Assembly: GCA_963715195.1 (NCBI GenBank)
Contig: CAVQRT010000031.1
Span: forward strand, 271,143-335,142
From: Thermodesulfovibrionales bacterium
Lineage (GTDB): Bacteria; Nitrospirota; Thermodesulfovibrionia; Thermodesulfovibrionales; SM23-35
Direction: 5' to 3'
Length of the DNA stretch: 64,000 nt
Within the stretch, counting starts at the first letter, position 1. Every line of letters starts with the position of its first letter. Positions 61,378 through 64,000 of this stretch are shown here, in pieces. Under the pieces are notes generated by a model. The model made no database searches, was not told where the DNA came from, and saw nothing but the letters and a program-made list of their open reading frames with translations. The position numbers and the translations under genes were made by a program.

Positions 61378-62567
61378 CAGGCCATAAATGACAACGAGTC
61401 ATGAGCATCGCAAAGCATATCTTTTACAGGAAGACCGTATGGACAGCTGCCGATACAGACCGGATTCTCACATCCTGAGCAGGCTGCTGCATTTTTCTTC
61501 AGCGATGCATAGGATTCCATCGCCCTCTTTTCCATCCCGTAGTCCCGGAAATACATCCGGTATCTCATGACCGAGGCGATTTCTACTCCTGCAGCACACG
61601 ACGTCTCGCACTCCCCACAGCCGGTCCTGCAATATTCCCTATCGTATAAACGGACATAGCGGTCAAGGACCTCCTTGTCGGCAGCGGTAAATTTTGCACC
61701 TGATGCCTTAAGGTAGAGTTCGATATCCGAGACCGTCTTCATGGTAACGACAAGACCGCTCACTTCCGGATGCTTCAGTACCCATTTGAAAGCAGCATGA
61801 GAGAACTCCTGCTCCTTGCTGCCGATATCCATGTCCTTTGCGCCTGCAAGTGTCTTCATGGCAATTACCCCAACCTTCCGTTTGTGCGCTTCTTTCATCA
61901 CATTGGGCAGCGATGGGAACTTCATGAAGTTGAAAGAAGCCATGATCATGTCGAAGTGGCCAGATGTTACCGCGGTCATCAGGAGTTCCTCCATATTGGT
62001 TGGGCCGTGAGATGAAGTGGCCAGAAAACGGATTTTGCCTGCCTTTTTCAGCTCAGATACGGCGTCGAGCATCTCTCCGTCAAGCAACCTCTTCTTTTCC
62101 GCTTCAAGGTCTTTACTCATTTCTCCGATCGCATGGACAAAGCAGAAATCAAGGTAATCTGTCCTCATTCTCGACAGGCTTCCCTCGACAGCGGCGATAT
62201 AATCTTTTTTCTTTGTCCCTAAAGGGAGATGTCCGGGATAGGGGACCGGGGTACAGAATTTGGAGGCAATAATGATTTTGTCCCTCCGGAGCTTGACCAT
62301 TGCCTCGCCAATGGTCTTCTCAGCCCGGCCGTAATCGGGAGCCGTATCAAAATAGTTGATCCCGCTGTCTACGGCCCTCAGGATCATCGACGAGGCAGAA
62401 AGTTTCCCGGTGCCGAAGGAAATATCGCTCATTTTCAGACCGGTCTGCCCGATTTCACGATAGCTTTTTACAGAAGGTGTACCCTCAACCGTCTCTGCAC
62501 GAAGAGACGGAACTGCCACAGCAGCGGTTGCAAGAGTTGCTGCCTTGATAAAATCACGACGTTTCAT
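61377..62567 (-). CDS. Aldo/keto reductase with Tat signal and C-terminal 4Fe-4S domain
   Basis: MKRRDFIK, GINYFDTAPDY, AMKTL, CRTGCGECETSC, CSGC...CPYG. Confidence 0.87.
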   Translation of the reverse strand: MKRRDFIKAATLATAAVAVPSLRAETVEGTPSVKSYREIGQTGLKMSDISFGTGKLSASSMILRAVDSGINYFDTAPDYGRAEKTIGEAMVKLRRDKIIIASKFCTPVPYPGHLPLGTKKKDYIAAVEGSLSRMRTDYLDFCFVHAIGEMSKDLEAEKKRLLDGEMLDAVSELKKAGKIRFLATSSHGPTNMEELLMTAVTSGHFDMIMASFNFMKFPSLPNVMKEAHKRKVGVIAMKTLAGAKDMDIGSKEQEFSHAAFKWVLKHPEVSGLVVTMKTVSDIELYLKASGAKFTAADKEVLDRYVRLYDREYCRTGCGECETSCAAGVEIASVMRYRMYFRDYGMEKRAMESYASLKKNAAACSGCENPVCIGSCPYGLPVKDMLCDAHDSLSFMA

Positions 62568-62689
62568 AATGAGACCTCCTCGTCTGTCTGCTTTGTTTAA
62601 TCATCTATGGATAATACCGGTAATCTTAAGCATACAAAATCAACAGGAGTTTTTAAAGGGTATGGGGAGAAAGGGGATGTCTTCAGAAC

Positions 62690-62890
62690 CTAATGTGATT
62701 GTTCATTCCGGCAGTGGGGACAGATTTTCACTTCTAACCCTATCGTTTTATCACAATAACGACACTTCTTATCTCTAACCTTTTCATCCTTCTTTCCAGA
62801 CACAGGCTTCCTATATGTCTTCTGCAAGTCATCGATGATGTCAAGAAATGCTCCGAAAGAACACTTTTTATTATTCGGCTCTTCACTCAT
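62690..62890 (-). CDS. Small zinc-ribbon protein
   Basis: 66 aa with CRYC...CPHC. Confidence 0.55.
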   Translation of the reverse strand: MSEEPNNKKCSFGAFLDIIDDLQKTYRKPVSGKKDEKVRDKKCRYCDKTIGLEVKICPHCRNEQSH

Positions 62891-63170
62891 ATTTAGGTTT
62901 CTGCAAAATTTATTGGTACAACTCTATAAATAAATCTGCAATGGTGTTATAGCCCAGAAGGATGAACACTGGGGCAGCAGGTCACCTCCTTAAATGCAGA
63001 GTAGATAGAGGAATTTACCCTGTTATTCCTTTTTTATTATACCTCAAGAAGTAACTTTCCATTTGATTTACCACCCCACCAGTAAAAACACTTTATGTTT
63101 ATATACACATTATGGCTTATACTTCATAGGGCTAAAATTTAGGAAAAAATGCAAACAAGGAGACATTAAT

Positions 63171-63503
63171 ATGATTGCTGAAAACGATCTACGGTTCCTG
63201 AAACGTAGAAGGAAACTCAATAAAGCGTGGTCAATTGTGGGTGTATGTATGTTAGTACTCATTGTTGCACTTTATGCGTGGTTATATATAAAGACACCTA
63301 ATCTTGTAAATCCATTTCATATCATGAAAATGATAGAGACGAACCAACTGGATATAACTTCTATGAGGATTCTTTCGGTGTTTTGTTCTGTAGCAGTTGT
63401 TGCTCTGTTTATTACAGTAGGGATGGTAGTCATATATGGTTTTGGATGGTCTTCACTTGAAAGAAGATATTTCAGGATCATCGAGACGTTACAAGAAAAG
63501 TAA
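63171..63503 (+). CDS. Hypothetical membrane protein (2 TM)
   Basis: AAGGAG RBS; two hydrophobic segments. Confidence 0.6.
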   Translation: MIAENDLRFLKRRRKLNKAWSIVGVCMLVLIVALYAWLYIKTPNLVNPFHIMKMIETNQLDITSMRILSVFCSVAVVALFITVGMVVIYGFGWSSLERRYFRIIETLQEK

Positions 63504-63762
63504 CCTATAAATGTTTTCCTACAGCAAATCAATGTTTTTATTCTCATCTCAACTGTCAACAGTAATAGGTGGCCTTGAGAAAAATGCTATGTTCCCTTCG
63601 GGGTGAAAAACGGATGATGCCGGGTTAGTTGACACGGGGGCAACTACCGCGAAATGAGATACGTAGCGCGCCTACTTCCTCGATGAGGTATTTTTAAATC
63701 TTGCTATATGATGCAGCATTTCAATTTGAAACCAATAGAAAAAAATTTTTGTTAAACGCAAA

Positions 63763-63948
63763 TTTAAGGAACAAGCAAGAACTCCCTGTGCTCTTGGCGC
63801 AGGGATGAATTGCTTCCTCATTTGTGTCATTGCCCGACTTGATCGGGCAATCCAGAGACAAGGAAATGGATTCTCCGGTCAAGCCGGAGAATGACAGTAT
63901 TGAGTTTGACTTTTACGCCCTGCGCTCTTGGCGCAGGGTTCTTAACAA
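63763..63948 (+). mobile_element. Non-autonomous IS200/IS605-like miniature element with two subterminal hairpins and an internal REP-like pair
   Basis: Directly repeated hairpins CCCTG(T/C)GC-TCTTG-GCGCAGGG at 63784-63804 and 63918-63938; internal tgtcatt...aatgaca pair at 63825-63896; collapsed copy at 44041. Confidence 0.7.
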
Positions 63949-64000
63949 TAATATTTTGTAATCACTAAGTTATTAAGTTTATTTTGTAAGAAAAATTCCT

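Noticed and set aside
1..64000. CRISPR array, tRNA or rRNA genes
   Set aside because: No regularly spaced identical repeats with unique spacers, no cloverleaf and no rRNA-like segment seen; repeats are dispersed palindromes

Overview
64-kb chromosomal window from an anaerobic Gram-negative bacterium. Gene content and repeat types suggest a Thermodesulfovibrionia/Nitrospirota-like or deltaproteobacterial organism (inference). Contents: partial nrpR; a HepT/MntA toxin-antitoxin pair; hesB-hemB; an octaheme cytochrome; a ~15-kb Fur/DUF134-associated cluster (Orange-protein-complex-like NifB/NifX, Mrp, two MinD-Fe-S ATPases, DUF5320, radical SAMs, feoAB, thi4, trmO, CGGC protein); peptidoglycan-recycling genes; two-component systems; a tmcD-tmcC-tmcB/hmcF-hmcA-hmcD-hmcB-hmcC electron-transfer operon; ilvBN; LPS heptosyltransferases; SulP; prfA, rpmE, ribF, coaE, pyrDK, greA, proS; and an AKR-DUF362-polyferredoxin operon. 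Main signals: (1) an in-frame UGA at a conserved Cys position of the TmcB/HmcF subunit followed by a SECIS-like hairpin (probable selenoprotein) in a hybrid Tmc/Hmc complex; (2) a non-autonomous IS200/IS605-like hairpin element present as a full copy and as a collapsed copy; (3) a dispersed GTCA-type REP-like family plus a second repeat family inserted in-frame into proteins; (4) a shared MP-x-x-DG-[ST]-GP N-terminus on Fur and DUF5320; (5) a head-to-head truncation junction near 46.7 kb; (6) a structured leader upstream of DUF1385-prfA. About 14 small indels in 8 genes look like sequencing errors. No rRNA, tRNA or CRISPR array was seen. All calls are by eye; no database searches were run.
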